Source: Fibrobacteria bacterium
GTDB taxonomy: Bacteria > Fibrobacterota > Fibrobacteria > UBA11236
Assembly (NCBI GenBank): GCA_043732185.1
Contig: JAYTHY010000028.1
Span: forward strand, 1 to 39,927
Length of the DNA stretch: 39,927 nucleotides
Reading direction: 5' to 3'
Shown: positions 26,303-34,868 of the stretch, one piece after another
Position numbering within the stretch: the stretch's first letter is position 1
Layout of the letters: the number at the start of each line of letters is the position of its first letter
The notes under the pieces: generated by a model
Told to the model about the DNA's origin: nothing
Databases searched by the model: none
Seen by the model: only the letters and a program-made list of their open reading frames with translations
Program-made: the position numbers and the translations under genes

Positions 26303-26622
26303 TGCAAATCTTATTCGGCTTTACCCAAAAAACACGCCTTTGGGGGAACCGGTTTTGTTCGGGAAGCGTCCCGTATCAATAACGATAACACATTCTCACT
26401 CAAAAACATGCGCATATTATATCCGATTTTGCCTTGAAATCGTGTAAACTTACAGCGATTGCAGGTATATTTTCGGCCTCAAAAATTCGAAAAATTCTGA
26501 CTTTCTAAATCTAATGCCCCCTTTAATGGTGAGGTTGGGGCATTTTAATGGTTCTAGCTAAAAGCAATGACTAAATTGCTTCCCATTCAAACTTACCTCA
26601 CCTCACCTTATCGAGGGCTACC

Positions 26623-27813
26623 ATGCCTAAACATGCATTAATACTCGCCAAATCCTGTTTATTGCTAGCCGGATTGGTCGCCGGTGCGCTGGCACATGCC
26701 ACTGGGTTGTCGAAAATAGACTTAACCCTCCGTGCCGACACTTTGGAATCCAGCGTGAGCGTCAATCGCGACGACCTGTTTTATGCCCTTGGTTTTGTGA
26801 GAACACCGAAATTAACCCTGGCTGATATTTCGGACATGTCCGACCGCATTGCCTTTTATTATCAAACCCGGCTCGTCCTTAAATTTGACGGTGTCGTTGC
26901 CGATAATATGCGGATTCTGGCTTGGCGCAAGCACGGCGAAGATCCAGCGCTTAAATTGGACAGCGCATCCCTTTTTGATACCACCATTGTGCTTAAATAT
27001 GCCTGGCCGATACCGAAGGGGGCCAAAAAACTCGAAGTCTCGGCCAAGCTTTTCGCGGAAGTTCCCGTACAACAGCTCTCGCATGTTCGGATTTTTTACC
27101 GTGGTCAGGAAATCAGCCATCGTTTTTTGAACCTGGACAACGTACTGTTTCACCCCCTGGAGCCTGATTCGCTGGAGGCCGCCTATGCCAGGGCGACACA
27201 GCCGCCTCCGGCCCCGGGAACCGCAGCTGCGCGGGACTCCAAATCGGAAGAATCGGTGGTGGCCCGTTTCATAGGCTTAGGCTTTACGCATATCCTGCCT
27301 CAGGGCAAAGACCATATCCTATTTGTCCTGGGCTTATTCTTTTTCTCCATCATGCTTCGGCCGCTGTTGGTCCAAGTTACGGCTTTTACCGTGGCGCATT
27401 CCCTAACTTTGGGGCTGTCGCTGTTCAATGTCATCTCCTTGTCTTCAAAAGTTGTCGAACCGCTCATTGCCCTTTCCATTGCGGTGGTGGCCATAGAAAA
27501 CATTTTTTTCCGAAAAATGCGGCCTTCGCGCTTCCTGATTGTTTTCGGTTTTGGGCTGATTCATGGACTGGGATTCGCTGGGGTTCTCAAAGAGCTGGGG
27601 TTGCCGGAAGGCCAGTTTTTAAAAGTGCTGGTCAGTTTCAACGTGGGGGTGGAACTGGGGCAGCTCACGGTCATCGCTGCGGCAGCAGCCCTTACAGCTT
27701 GGATGTGGAAAAAGCCGTGGTATATAAAACGGGTGGTTATTCCCGCCAGCACCCTAATTGCGGCCATAGGACTGTTTTGGTTCATTCAAAGAATTCTGTT
27801 GCTCCAAGGCTAA
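26623..27813 (+). CDS. HupE/UreJ-like membrane protein with N-terminal periplasmic domain
   Basis: Signal peptide ending AH; GFTHILPQGKDHILFV, TAFTVAHSLTL, VEPLIALSI, FGLIHGLGFA, FNVGVELGQ. Confidence 0.88.
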   Translation: MPKHALILAKSCLLLAGLVAGALAHATGLSKIDLTLRADTLESSVSVNRDDLFYALGFVRTPKLTLADISDMSDRIAFYYQTRLVLKFDGVVADNMRILAWRKHGEDPALKLDSASLFDTTIVLKYAWPIPKGAKKLEVSAKLFAEVPVQQLSHVRIFYRGQEISHRFLNLDNVLFHPLEPDSLEAAYARATQPPPAPGTAAARDSKSEESVVARFIGLGFTHILPQGKDHILFVLGLFFFSIMLRPLLVQVTAFTVAHSLTLGLSLFNVISLSSKVVEPLIALSIAVVAIENIFFRKMRPSRFLIVFGFGLIHGLGFAGVLKELGLPEGQFLKVLVSFNVGVELGQLTVIAAAAALTAWMWKKPWYIKRVVIPASTLIAAIGLFWFIQRILLLQG

Positions 27814-27979
27814 CGTAGGCCAAATTGTTCGAGAAGTCTAAGTGCTCGGCTAATTTGGCAGAAACTTGACCCCCATTTGTAATGGATTAGATTTATAATG
27901 ATCAGTTAGGTACTACACAACAACAAACCCGACCCTTTCCATCCGGGAGATGGGCGGCAGTCATCATGGAGGAATGCTA

Positions 27980-29509
27980 ATGCTTAAGCCGTCACACCTA
28001 AAACCCTTTATCCTAGGCATGGCGCTTCTGGCCCTTTGCGCGCCTAAGTTGAGTCAGGCTCAGCCCGGATTCAAATATTGGAAGCTCTGTGATACCTGCG
28101 CGTTCGCGCCAACGCTCCTATCCGGCACCGGTTTGTACATCGATATCGTAAGCGCCAATAAAAAACTTTTGTCCACAGCATTCCACTATGAGGTGAATTC
28201 ACCGCTCTGGAGCGATGATGCCAAGAAAACGCGTTGGGTGCTGCTCAACAAGTCTGCCAAGGCAATCGATTATTCCGATACCTTGGATTACTTCGGGTAT
28301 CCAGATAGCACTGTATTTATTGAACAATTGGCTATCGACACAATTCCCGGAACCCCATCTTCACGGGTACTCTGGGAGACTCGCATACTCATCAACCAGA
28401 AGGAAGTCTTGGACGAAGTCAAAAAAACCATGACGGATCATTGGTACGGTTTCAGCTACAAATGGAACAGGGATCAAAAGGATGCACAACTGGTAGTTGC
28501 CGGCTATTCGGGTAAGAATGATTCCATCAAAATCTGGCCCAATGGATTAGCTAAGGCTTCCCGCATGAAAAAATGGGTTTTCCCTTCCTCCAATATGTGC
28601 GACCAATGCCATCGTTCCGATATGGGCTATAGCACCCCAGCCTTGCATGCGCGCTCCGTGCTGGGTTTCTTTACCGCCCAGCTCAACCGTCCCGCGCCGG
28701 ATTCGGCTGGCATTAACCAGCTGGAATACCTCTTTTCAAAGGGCGTGCTGAAAGGCATCAAGCCCGCCAACTGGAACGCCACCACATTACCCAAATGGGC
28801 TCCAATTGAGGATGCTACAGCTCCGATCGAAACGCGTGCCCGCGCATACCTAGCTACTCAGTGCTCGGGGTGCCATGGTACACGAGGCAATGGCGTAGGT
28901 GCCGCTGCTATGTGCAATATCAATTTCGATTTCTACAACATGCCTATATTGGGAAAGCCCATGGAACTTCGCCATCGTTATGCCAGCTCCCGTGGTTTGG
29001 ACGCGGTGGCTCCAAAGTATTATCCCAAAACCGACCTAAACAACAATCCTACCGGTTTAGACTCAGTTGAAATCATTCCTTCCATAGTTGTACCTGGTTA
29101 TCCGCAAAAGTCGTTGGTTGTTTTCCGTCAGGAACAGAGAAACGAGGTTCCGGGTGATTTTGGAGGAAACTTTAACCAGATGCCGCCGCTTGGAACGTTT
29201 GAAGTCAACGTAACAGCCATGGACACTGTTAAGAAATGGATTACGAATATCTCACCCATGGTGGCTCCGAACGAGATTCGAGCAGTCTTTCATCACAGCC
29301 ACCCGGGCCCAGATGCTTACCTACAAGGCCGTCGTTTGCTTGTCTCAAAAGCAGGCAGCCAGATGAATGTCACTATGAGTTCGGTGAGTGGTCGCAAAGT
29401 GTCACTGCTCAGAACCAGTGAAGGCGCGTACACGGTACCCATGGACGTTCCCAAAGGATTGTATTTGATTCAAGTAGGGTCCACGTCCCTGCTTAGATAT
29501 TTGCTCTAG
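27980..29509 (+). CDS. Secreted diheme cytochrome c (SO2930/HNE_0200-like domain) with T9SS-like C-terminal domain, paralog A
   Basis: RBS GGAGGA before ATG 27980 (track gives 27950); YEVNSPLWSD, ETRIL, CDQCH, QLNR, RARAYL..QCSGCH, QMPPLG; tail SVSGRKV...KGLYLIQ. Confidence 0.82.
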   Translation: MLKPSHLKPFILGMALLALCAPKLSQAQPGFKYWKLCDTCAFAPTLLSGTGLYIDIVSANKKLLSTAFHYEVNSPLWSDDAKKTRWVLLNKSAKAIDYSDTLDYFGYPDSTVFIEQLAIDTIPGTPSSRVLWETRILINQKEVLDEVKKTMTDHWYGFSYKWNRDQKDAQLVVAGYSGKNDSIKIWPNGLAKASRMKKWVFPSSNMCDQCHRSDMGYSTPALHARSVLGFFTAQLNRPAPDSAGINQLEYLFSKGVLKGIKPANWNATTLPKWAPIEDATAPIETRARAYLATQCSGCHGTRGNGVGAAAMCNINFDFYNMPILGKPMELRHRYASSRGLDAVAPKYYPKTDLNNNPTGLDSVEIIPSIVVPGYPQKSLVVFRQEQRNEVPGDFGGNFNQMPPLGTFEVNVTAMDTVKKWITNISPMVAPNEIRAVFHHSHPGPDAYLQGRRLLVSKAGSQMNVTMSSVSGRKVSLLRTSEGAYTVPMDVPKGLYLIQVGSTSLLRYLL

Positions 29510-29540
29510 ACTTAGCCATTTTCAGCCGGGTAATTTAAAA

Positions 29541-29566
29541 GAGGAAAAGCAGCGATGCTTTTCCTC
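29541..29566 (+). terminator. Hairpin with GCGA tetraloop (terminator or RNA-stabilising stem)
   Basis: GAGGAAAAGCA-GCGA-TGCTTTTCCTC, an 11-bp perfect stem after the 29509 stop; no clear U-tract beyond the stem. Confidence 0.6.
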
Positions 29567-29683
29567 GCTCGGCTTTCCCAGCATCCAACAAATACATTCT
29601 AAAGCTTCAATCCCTAGCTAGCTTGGTGCGCCAGAATCTTTTTCCTGGGGTATTAATTGATGACACAAAGAAATGTCGGGCAT

Positions 29684-29717
29684 AAAAAAAGGAAACCCAG
29701 ATGAATGCTGGGTTTCC
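29684..29717 (-). terminator. Intrinsic terminator of the cytochrome operon
   Basis: GGAAACCCAG-N7-CTGGGTTTCC, followed on the minus strand by T7. Confidence 0.8.
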
Positions 29718-29742
29718 CAAATCAAAGGATTTTTAAAAAAAG

Positions 29743-30210
29743 TTACTTGGTCTTTTTTTCCACAGCAGGGGTGGCGGGTGCAGTCGTTGCGGACGGTGTA
29801 CCAGCTTTGACAGCAGGAGCAGTGGCGGCACCGGCAGTATTGCTAAAAGTCAGCACATACTGAATGACGGCTTCAATCTGGGCAGGCTTTAATATTGCCT
29901 TCCAGCTAATCATTACTGGGGATAATCCCACGCTCTGGCCACCTTCCGTAACCACTTTACGAATTGTTTCGATAGGACGTGTTTTCATATAAGCGGCGTC
30001 GGTAAAGTTTCTGGGCTTTGGATTTAAGGCGGCGGCGGCGGCTCCATCCCCTTTTCCGGTGGCGCCATGGCAGGGAAGACAATTCATTTCAAACACCTTC
30101 TTGCCTGCGGCCACTTGGTCTGCGTGGCTAGGGGCGGCAGGTGCGGCTAGTGCCACAGAAGCCAAGGTGGAAAGGGTGAGTACACCAGGTATAATCGAGG
30201 GAAAGCGCAT
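29743..30210 (-). CDS. Periplasmic monoheme cytochrome c
   Basis: Signal peptide; GKKVFEMNCLPCHG..GKGDG, PRNFT, distal Met (VMISW); Ala/Pro-rich tail. Confidence 0.92.
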   Translation of the reverse strand: MRFPSIIPGVLTLSTLASVALAAPAAPSHADQVAAGKKVFEMNCLPCHGATGKGDGAAAAALNPKPRNFTDAAYMKTRPIETIRKVVTEGGQSVGLSPVMISWKAILKPAQIEAVIQYVLTFSNTAGAATAPAVKAGTPSATTAPATPAVEKKTK

Positions 30211-30316
30211 ATTCTATCCTTTTTTTGAATTCAAATGAACGAGGAAACCAGTCTGAGTTATGATACTAAAATTCGAATGGCAAGCCCCGTTAAGAGTTTT
30301 AACAAGGCTTTGCATT

Positions 30317-31384
30317 TCAGAAGAAAACATGGAAGCGGCCAATGATTTCGTCTTGATTGGCACCCAAGTTTTGTGGAATCCAATCGTTTTTACGATAGTA
30401 GAGACCCAATTGAAGGTAAGGGTAGATGAAAGGCTCAAAACCTGCGCCCAATCGGGTTTGGGCGTTTTGGGCCATGGGAATAGCATCGTTCGGCCAGTAA
30501 TGTTCAAACGTAAACTTGAAGTTCATACCTGGCAGAGGCAAAATATCCATTTCCGCATAATCAGCAATGGATTTGATCGGGTCCCTTTTGATCCAATCTC
30601 TCTGTGCTAACAAGGTAATCCAACCCGCAGAAAGTCCCCCGAAGACTCCAAAGTTTTGATTTTTTCCTCGATCCGCTTTCTTAATTCCAGATGCAAAGGA
30701 GCCGCCGATGCGATAGCTATTCACAAAAGAAAAGCCGGGAAGAATGACGGAACCGACTGTTGAGAGCTGTGTATTGGTGACATTGGCAATCAAAGAAACC
30801 GGTCCTGGTTCCATTCCAATTTCATAGCCTAAATCATGGGTATTGTAAGTATATCCTGTTTTATCACGGACAAAGGCATTATCATCAATAAGCCTAAATC
30901 CATAAGGCAGCAGCATATTTCCCGCCTTAAAATAGCTATTAAAGGGGAGATTGATTTTTCCAAAGAATTCCCGGTTCGTGGCACCAGGAGTCATGGTTTC
31001 GTCCAAATACGCTGAGAGGAAGTTCTTTACCAAATCAATATTGACGTACACATTGCTTTCGCGTATGACCAGGCCATCTTTTGAGGGATTCGCCTTATAG
31101 TCCATGGTGTGAACTTGTTCAACGCGCCAATTGGAACCTATTGAGACGGCATCGTTCAGTTTAGGATCAAAGCCGACTTCCTTTCCTTCCCCAAGTGGCT
31201 TAGGCAACATCATTTGCGAAAAGATATTTCCAAAATCGGTGCGCTTGCCACCACCGGTACTATTTACATGGCATTGGCTGCATTTGAATCCTGTGCGCAC
31301 GGCAAAGTAAGGCTCAGCGGAAACTAAACCGGATAATACACCAATTGAGACAGATGCAAGTAACAAGCCTTTTATCGATGACAT
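30317..31384 (-). CDS. Cytochrome c-porin fusion (Cyc2-like architecture)
   Basis: RBS GAAGGA before ATG 31384 (track gives 31435); signal peptide, then EPYFAVRTGFKCSQCH..GGGKRTDFG; amphipathic beta-strands; C-terminal RFHVFF. Confidence 0.75.
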   Translation of the reverse strand: MSSIKGLLLASVSIGVLSGLVSAEPYFAVRTGFKCSQCHVNSTGGGKRTDFGNIFSQMMLPKPLGEGKEVGFDPKLNDAVSIGSNWRVEQVHTMDYKANPSKDGLVIRESNVYVNIDLVKNFLSAYLDETMTPGATNREFFGKINLPFNSYFKAGNMLLPYGFRLIDDNAFVRDKTGYTYNTHDLGYEIGMEPGPVSLIANVTNTQLSTVGSVILPGFSFVNSYRIGGSFASGIKKADRGKNQNFGVFGGLSAGWITLLAQRDWIKRDPIKSIADYAEMDILPLPGMNFKFTFEHYWPNDAIPMAQNAQTRLGAGFEPFIYPYLQLGLYYRKNDWIPQNLGANQDEIIGRFHVFF

Positions 31385-31407
31385 GATTTTTCCTTCATGG
31401 TTATTCC

Positions 31408-32052
31408 TCATTGCAACGCGCCTTCCAGAATCCATTTCTGAATGGTGTCAATGGATGCTTGGGGAAGCTTGGGATACCCCCCTAGGGGCATCGTACCGCC
31501 ATAAAAAAGGCTTTGGTCAGTAGAGTCGTATCGAACTACGCTATTCAACTTTCCTGTTATTTTTTTAAAAAGCATAGAGTTATCAGGTTTGCCGGGCACT
31601 ACGCGTTTCCAGCCCGGAGCTCCGCTGTTTGCAAGGATTTGATTAAAAACCTTAACATTCACAAGGTTTGTATACGCTTTTTGGGGCGAGTCCATCTCTA
31701 GAATTGAGCCGGCACCATTTGGTATATGGCACTGAAGACAGTGATTTTCTGTTGCCGAAATTATCGGCCACACTGAGGTAGTAAAGTGGGTCTTAGCAAC
31801 GACAGCCGAGCAACGGGAGGGTTTAATCGGTAAAGTGCAGCTATCTACAGCGACTACGGCACACATTGGTGCGGCAGGTGTTTTCAGGCAGGTACTGGTG
31901 GTACAGGCCTTGGTAGTGGGCCCAGCAACGCATGGATCCGCATTGCCACTGCTATCTAACCCCACACCATCACCGGCCTTCAAGCATGCCCCCAGGCCAA
32001 CCAAGACGGCCAGGCCGGAACCGATTAGGAATAATTTCCGTTTTGACATCAT
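31408..32052 (-). CDS. Lipoprotein monoheme cytochrome c (planctomycete cytochrome c-like domain) with Cys-rich stalk
   Basis: Lipobox LGAC; CLQCH; RVVPGKPDNSML, TMPLG, IQKWILEGA. Confidence 0.82.
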   Translation of the reverse strand: MMSKRKLFLIGSGLAVLVGLGACLKAGDGVGLDSSGNADPCVAGPTTKACTTSTCLKTPAAPMCAVVAVDSCTLPIKPSRCSAVVAKTHFTTSVWPIISATENHCLQCHIPNGAGSILEMDSPQKAYTNLVNVKVFNQILANSGAPGWKRVVPGKPDNSMLFKKITGKLNSVVRYDSTDQSLFYGGTMPLGGYPKLPQASIDTIQKWILEGALQ

Positions 32053-32325
32053 ATCCTAAACTCCTATAAATAGCTGATTTGGAACGGTACAAAGCTATTC
32101 TTTAGGATAGAAATTAAAGACCAAATGTCAAGCAGTTGCCCCGGCTCGGGAGCCATAAGTTTGCGACAAAATGTCCTCGACAAAAGTTCTGTATTATCAT
32201 CAAGCGAAGAGCGATTGATCGCACTACTCGTTCGCAAACACACCAAATTATTGAGCCCCATTTGCAGAGCCGTTCTGTGTAGTGGGCGCTTTTCAGGTAA
32301 AACATAGGGTTTTTGTGTTTTTCTG

Positions 32326-32344
32326 CGTTCGCAAAGAAAGAACG
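32326..32344. promoter_or_regulatory. Palindromic site CGTTC-GCAAAGAAA-GAACG (copy 1)
   Basis: Upstream of the TIGR02147 gene; 17/19 identical to 34777-34795. Confidence 0.55.
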
Positions 32345-32399
32345 ATTTCTTATCTGATTCGCGACTGCAATTTCTGGGGACGGGATATATTAAAAAGCA

Positions 32400-33227
32400 A
32401 TGGGGCCATTATCACCGGATGTCAGCGCATATATGGACTTCCGTACTTTCCTTAAGGATTGTTACGAGGACCGGAAACGACAGAATCCAAAATTCTCGCA
32501 TCGATACTTTTGCAAAAAGGCCGGGTATGGATCCTCGAGTGCTTTTGCCGACATCCTAGCGGGTAGGCGATCGCTTTCTTCCACGGCGGCATTACGCTTG
32601 TCGCGTGCGTTGGAACTGAACAAAGATGAAGAGGAATACCTCTTACACCTGGTTTCTTTCAACCAAGCCGGCAGTCTGGAATTGAAAAATCTGCATTATG
32701 CAAAATTGTTGGCCATGAGCAAGATCCAACTGAACGTCATTTCAGCGGATAAATACGAGTACTTCAGCCAGTGGTACCATGCGGCACTGCGCGAGTTGCT
32801 CTACTTCACGGATTTCAAAGAAGACTATAAGAGCCTGGGCCGAAAGTTGAATCCGTCCGTCCCTACCGCCCAAGTTAAAAAGGCGATAGGGCTATTGGAA
32901 AAATTGGGCATGATTGCCAAAGACGCCCAGGGATACTATCGGCAAACCGCCAACTTAATCAGTTCGGATGATTTGGGAGAATCCCTACACGTGGAAAACT
33001 TCCAAACCGCAACCATGAAACTAGCCATGGAATCCTTGGATAGACACGCCAAGGATGCCCGAGATATATCGACTTTGACAGCTACCCTATCCGCGGAAAG
33101 CGTCGAAAAAGTGAGAGCGGCTTTGAAAACATTGCGAAAATGCGTCCTCACTTTAGCGGAACAAGACAAAAACGTTGATAGAGTGATTCAGCTAAACATC
33201 CAAATGTTTCCACTGACTCAATTTTAA
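32400..33227 (+). CDS. TIGR02147/DUF4423 family protein (Fibrobacter-type, N-terminal HTH-like)
   Basis: YMDFRTFLKD..KFSHRYF...GRRSLS, YFSQWYHAALREL, RDISTLT, QLNIQMFPL. Confidence 0.9.
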   Translation: MGPLSPDVSAYMDFRTFLKDCYEDRKRQNPKFSHRYFCKKAGYGSSSAFADILAGRRSLSSTAALRLSRALELNKDEEEYLLHLVSFNQAGSLELKNLHYAKLLAMSKIQLNVISADKYEYFSQWYHAALRELLYFTDFKEDYKSLGRKLNPSVPTAQVKKAIGLLEKLGMIAKDAQGYYRQTANLISSDDLGESLHVENFQTATMKLAMESLDRHAKDARDISTLTATLSAESVEKVRAALKTLRKCVLTLAEQDKNVDRVIQLNIQMFPLTQF

Positions 33228-33251
33228 AAAGAGTCCAACAGGAGGAAAACA

Positions 33252-34757
33252 ATGTCGAACAAAAGCCAGCTATTGCAACGGTTGGGAAACGTCAGCTTGG
33301 TACTGGGATGTTTCTTTATCCTGGTTCTTTGTGGATGTGAAGGGAGCGCAACACAAACAACCAGTGGCAATGGGTTGCATGGAATTTTGGTGGATGGAGA
33401 GGGAAAGCCTGTTCCTGGTGCTCATGTAAAAGCATGGCATGTGGCTTCTAGCCCTAATGGATTGTCCAAAAACGTGGATGCTGGGTTTGCTGACAGTGCG
33501 GTAACGGATTCATTGGGCCACTATTCCATTCAGAGTTTGGATGTAGGCGTTTACAATATTACGGGTGAGAGTGGTCAAGGAAATGCAACACTCTTTATTC
33601 CGCGTGTAAGATATGTGGATGAAGCTGTTGATCTAGGCCGGGATACTTTGATGCCGCCCGGTGCCATCCAGGGAAAAGTTGTGACGGAAGGCCGGGGCCT
33701 GGCCACAGTATTCTGTTATGTGGAGGGTTCTGCATACATTGCCATGACGGATTCTGCAGGCATGTTTACGCTGAGAGACATACCCATGGGTGTGTATAAG
33801 CTGAACTACAGTTCGCGCGGATATGAACCGGAAGTGGATAACGTGGTTACCGTGGTTTCCGGGAAGACAACATCGCTACTTCCAAAATCAATGAATAAAT
33901 ACATGACCCTTGGCCCCACAGCCCCGACTGTATTGTCCGCTAAATATGATACGCTCACAGGTCGGTTTTCCATGGCTTGGAATCAAGTTCGCAATGAAAA
34001 AATTGCCAGTTATACTTTGGAATACTTTCCAGCCGGGCATCCGGAACTTGCCGAAGGGTCACAGATACCGGGGCTGACCGATACGATTATGGAAAGTTAT
34101 TTCCCGAGAAACTTTTTCGTCCAAGTGTACAGGCCAGGTGAAGATGCTGTCCCTTTAAATTTTTTCAAATTGGAATACCTATATGGAAAGGATGCGGAGC
34201 TGACCATGGAATTCCGGATTCGTTCCGTCGATTCAGCAGGAAATATCAGCCGCTACCGTGAGAGTCCAATCGAATTAAAAATGCCTAGGCCGGAGGCTTT
34301 GGACAATCCCGTAATGCTGGAGCTTGCTGAAGGGGATATAGAAACGACTCAATGCCGAGACACACTAGTATTTCTGGTTGGATTTCGGAAACCGGTGTCC
34401 ACTAGATATGACATCAACTGGTATGCAGGATTTCAGAAACGACCCGTGGCAGGAAGCTTGACCGGCACGGGACCTTGGATATCGGGAAATATCACGCCGA
34501 TGATTTTACAATCCCATCCGGACACTGTGAGGTGGTCGAAGAATGATATTTGGGCCAACCGGCTAGTCTATTACTCCGGAAATGATTCCGTCAATATGGA
34601 TACCGGCAGTGTTGCCATTGACCTTAATCTAAAGGGCTGGCAAATCAAGGACCCAAGAAGAATCGACTTCGGCGTCGACAGCAATGGCTGTTTTAGACTG
34701 CATAAATCGTATCGCCCGAAAGGGAGACCTGGAGACCCGTACTGGTGGCAGTATTGA
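33252..34757 (+). CDS. Lipoprotein with carboxypeptidase-regulatory-like (prealbumin-fold) domains and an FN3-like region
   Basis: RBS AGGAGG; lipobox LCGC; GILVDGEGKPVPGA, TDSLGHY, GAIQGKV, TDSAGMF, VDSAGNIS. Confidence 0.82.
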   Translation: MSNKSQLLQRLGNVSLVLGCFFILVLCGCEGSATQTTSGNGLHGILVDGEGKPVPGAHVKAWHVASSPNGLSKNVDAGFADSAVTDSLGHYSIQSLDVGVYNITGESGQGNATLFIPRVRYVDEAVDLGRDTLMPPGAIQGKVVTEGRGLATVFCYVEGSAYIAMTDSAGMFTLRDIPMGVYKLNYSSRGYEPEVDNVVTVVSGKTTSLLPKSMNKYMTLGPTAPTVLSAKYDTLTGRFSMAWNQVRNEKIASYTLEYFPAGHPELAEGSQIPGLTDTIMESYFPRNFFVQVYRPGEDAVPLNFFKLEYLYGKDAELTMEFRIRSVDSAGNISRYRESPIELKMPRPEALDNPVMLELAEGDIETTQCRDTLVFLVGFRKPVSTRYDINWYAGFQKRPVAGSLTGTGPWISGNITPMILQSHPDTVRWSKNDIWANRLVYYSGNDSVNMDTGSVAIDLNLKGWQIKDPRRIDFGVDSNGCFRLHKSYRPKGRPGDPYWWQY

Positions 34758-34776
34758 TTGATGCCACTTGCGTTGC

Positions 34777-34795
34777 CGTTCGCAATTAAAGAACG
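34777..34795. promoter_or_regulatory. Palindromic site CGTTC-GCAATTAAA-GAACG (copy 2)
   Basis: Between the lipoprotein stop and the second diheme gene; extends to CCGTTC...GAACGG. Confidence 0.55.
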
Positions 34796-34868
34796 GTTTG
34801 TTTTTTGGAATGAAACTTTTGCTCCTTGATTCGCCTTATACTAAAGAGGCAGCAATCATCAAGGAGAA

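Noticed and set aside
26500..26622. Possible cobalamin, NiCo or fluoride riboswitch upstream of the HupE/UreJ-like gene
   Set aside because: Hairpins exist (AATGCCCC/GGGGCATT, AGCAAT/ATTGCT), but I found none of the conserved aptamer motifs.
30317..31384. Calling the cytochrome-porin a bona fide iron oxidase cyc2
   Set aside because: The architecture matches, but the post-heme motif differs and function cannot be inferred from the motif alone.
32164..32185. Direct repeat CGACAAAA twice in the divergent intergenic region
   Set aside because: Only 8 bp and partly an A-run; not distinguishable from chance.
32326..32344. CGTTC-N9-GAACG as a LexA/SOS box
   Set aside because: Orientation and spacing do not match the LexA boxes I know (GAAC-N4-GTTC, GTTC-N7-GTTC, TGTTC-N4-GAACA), and no DNA-repair genes are adjacent.
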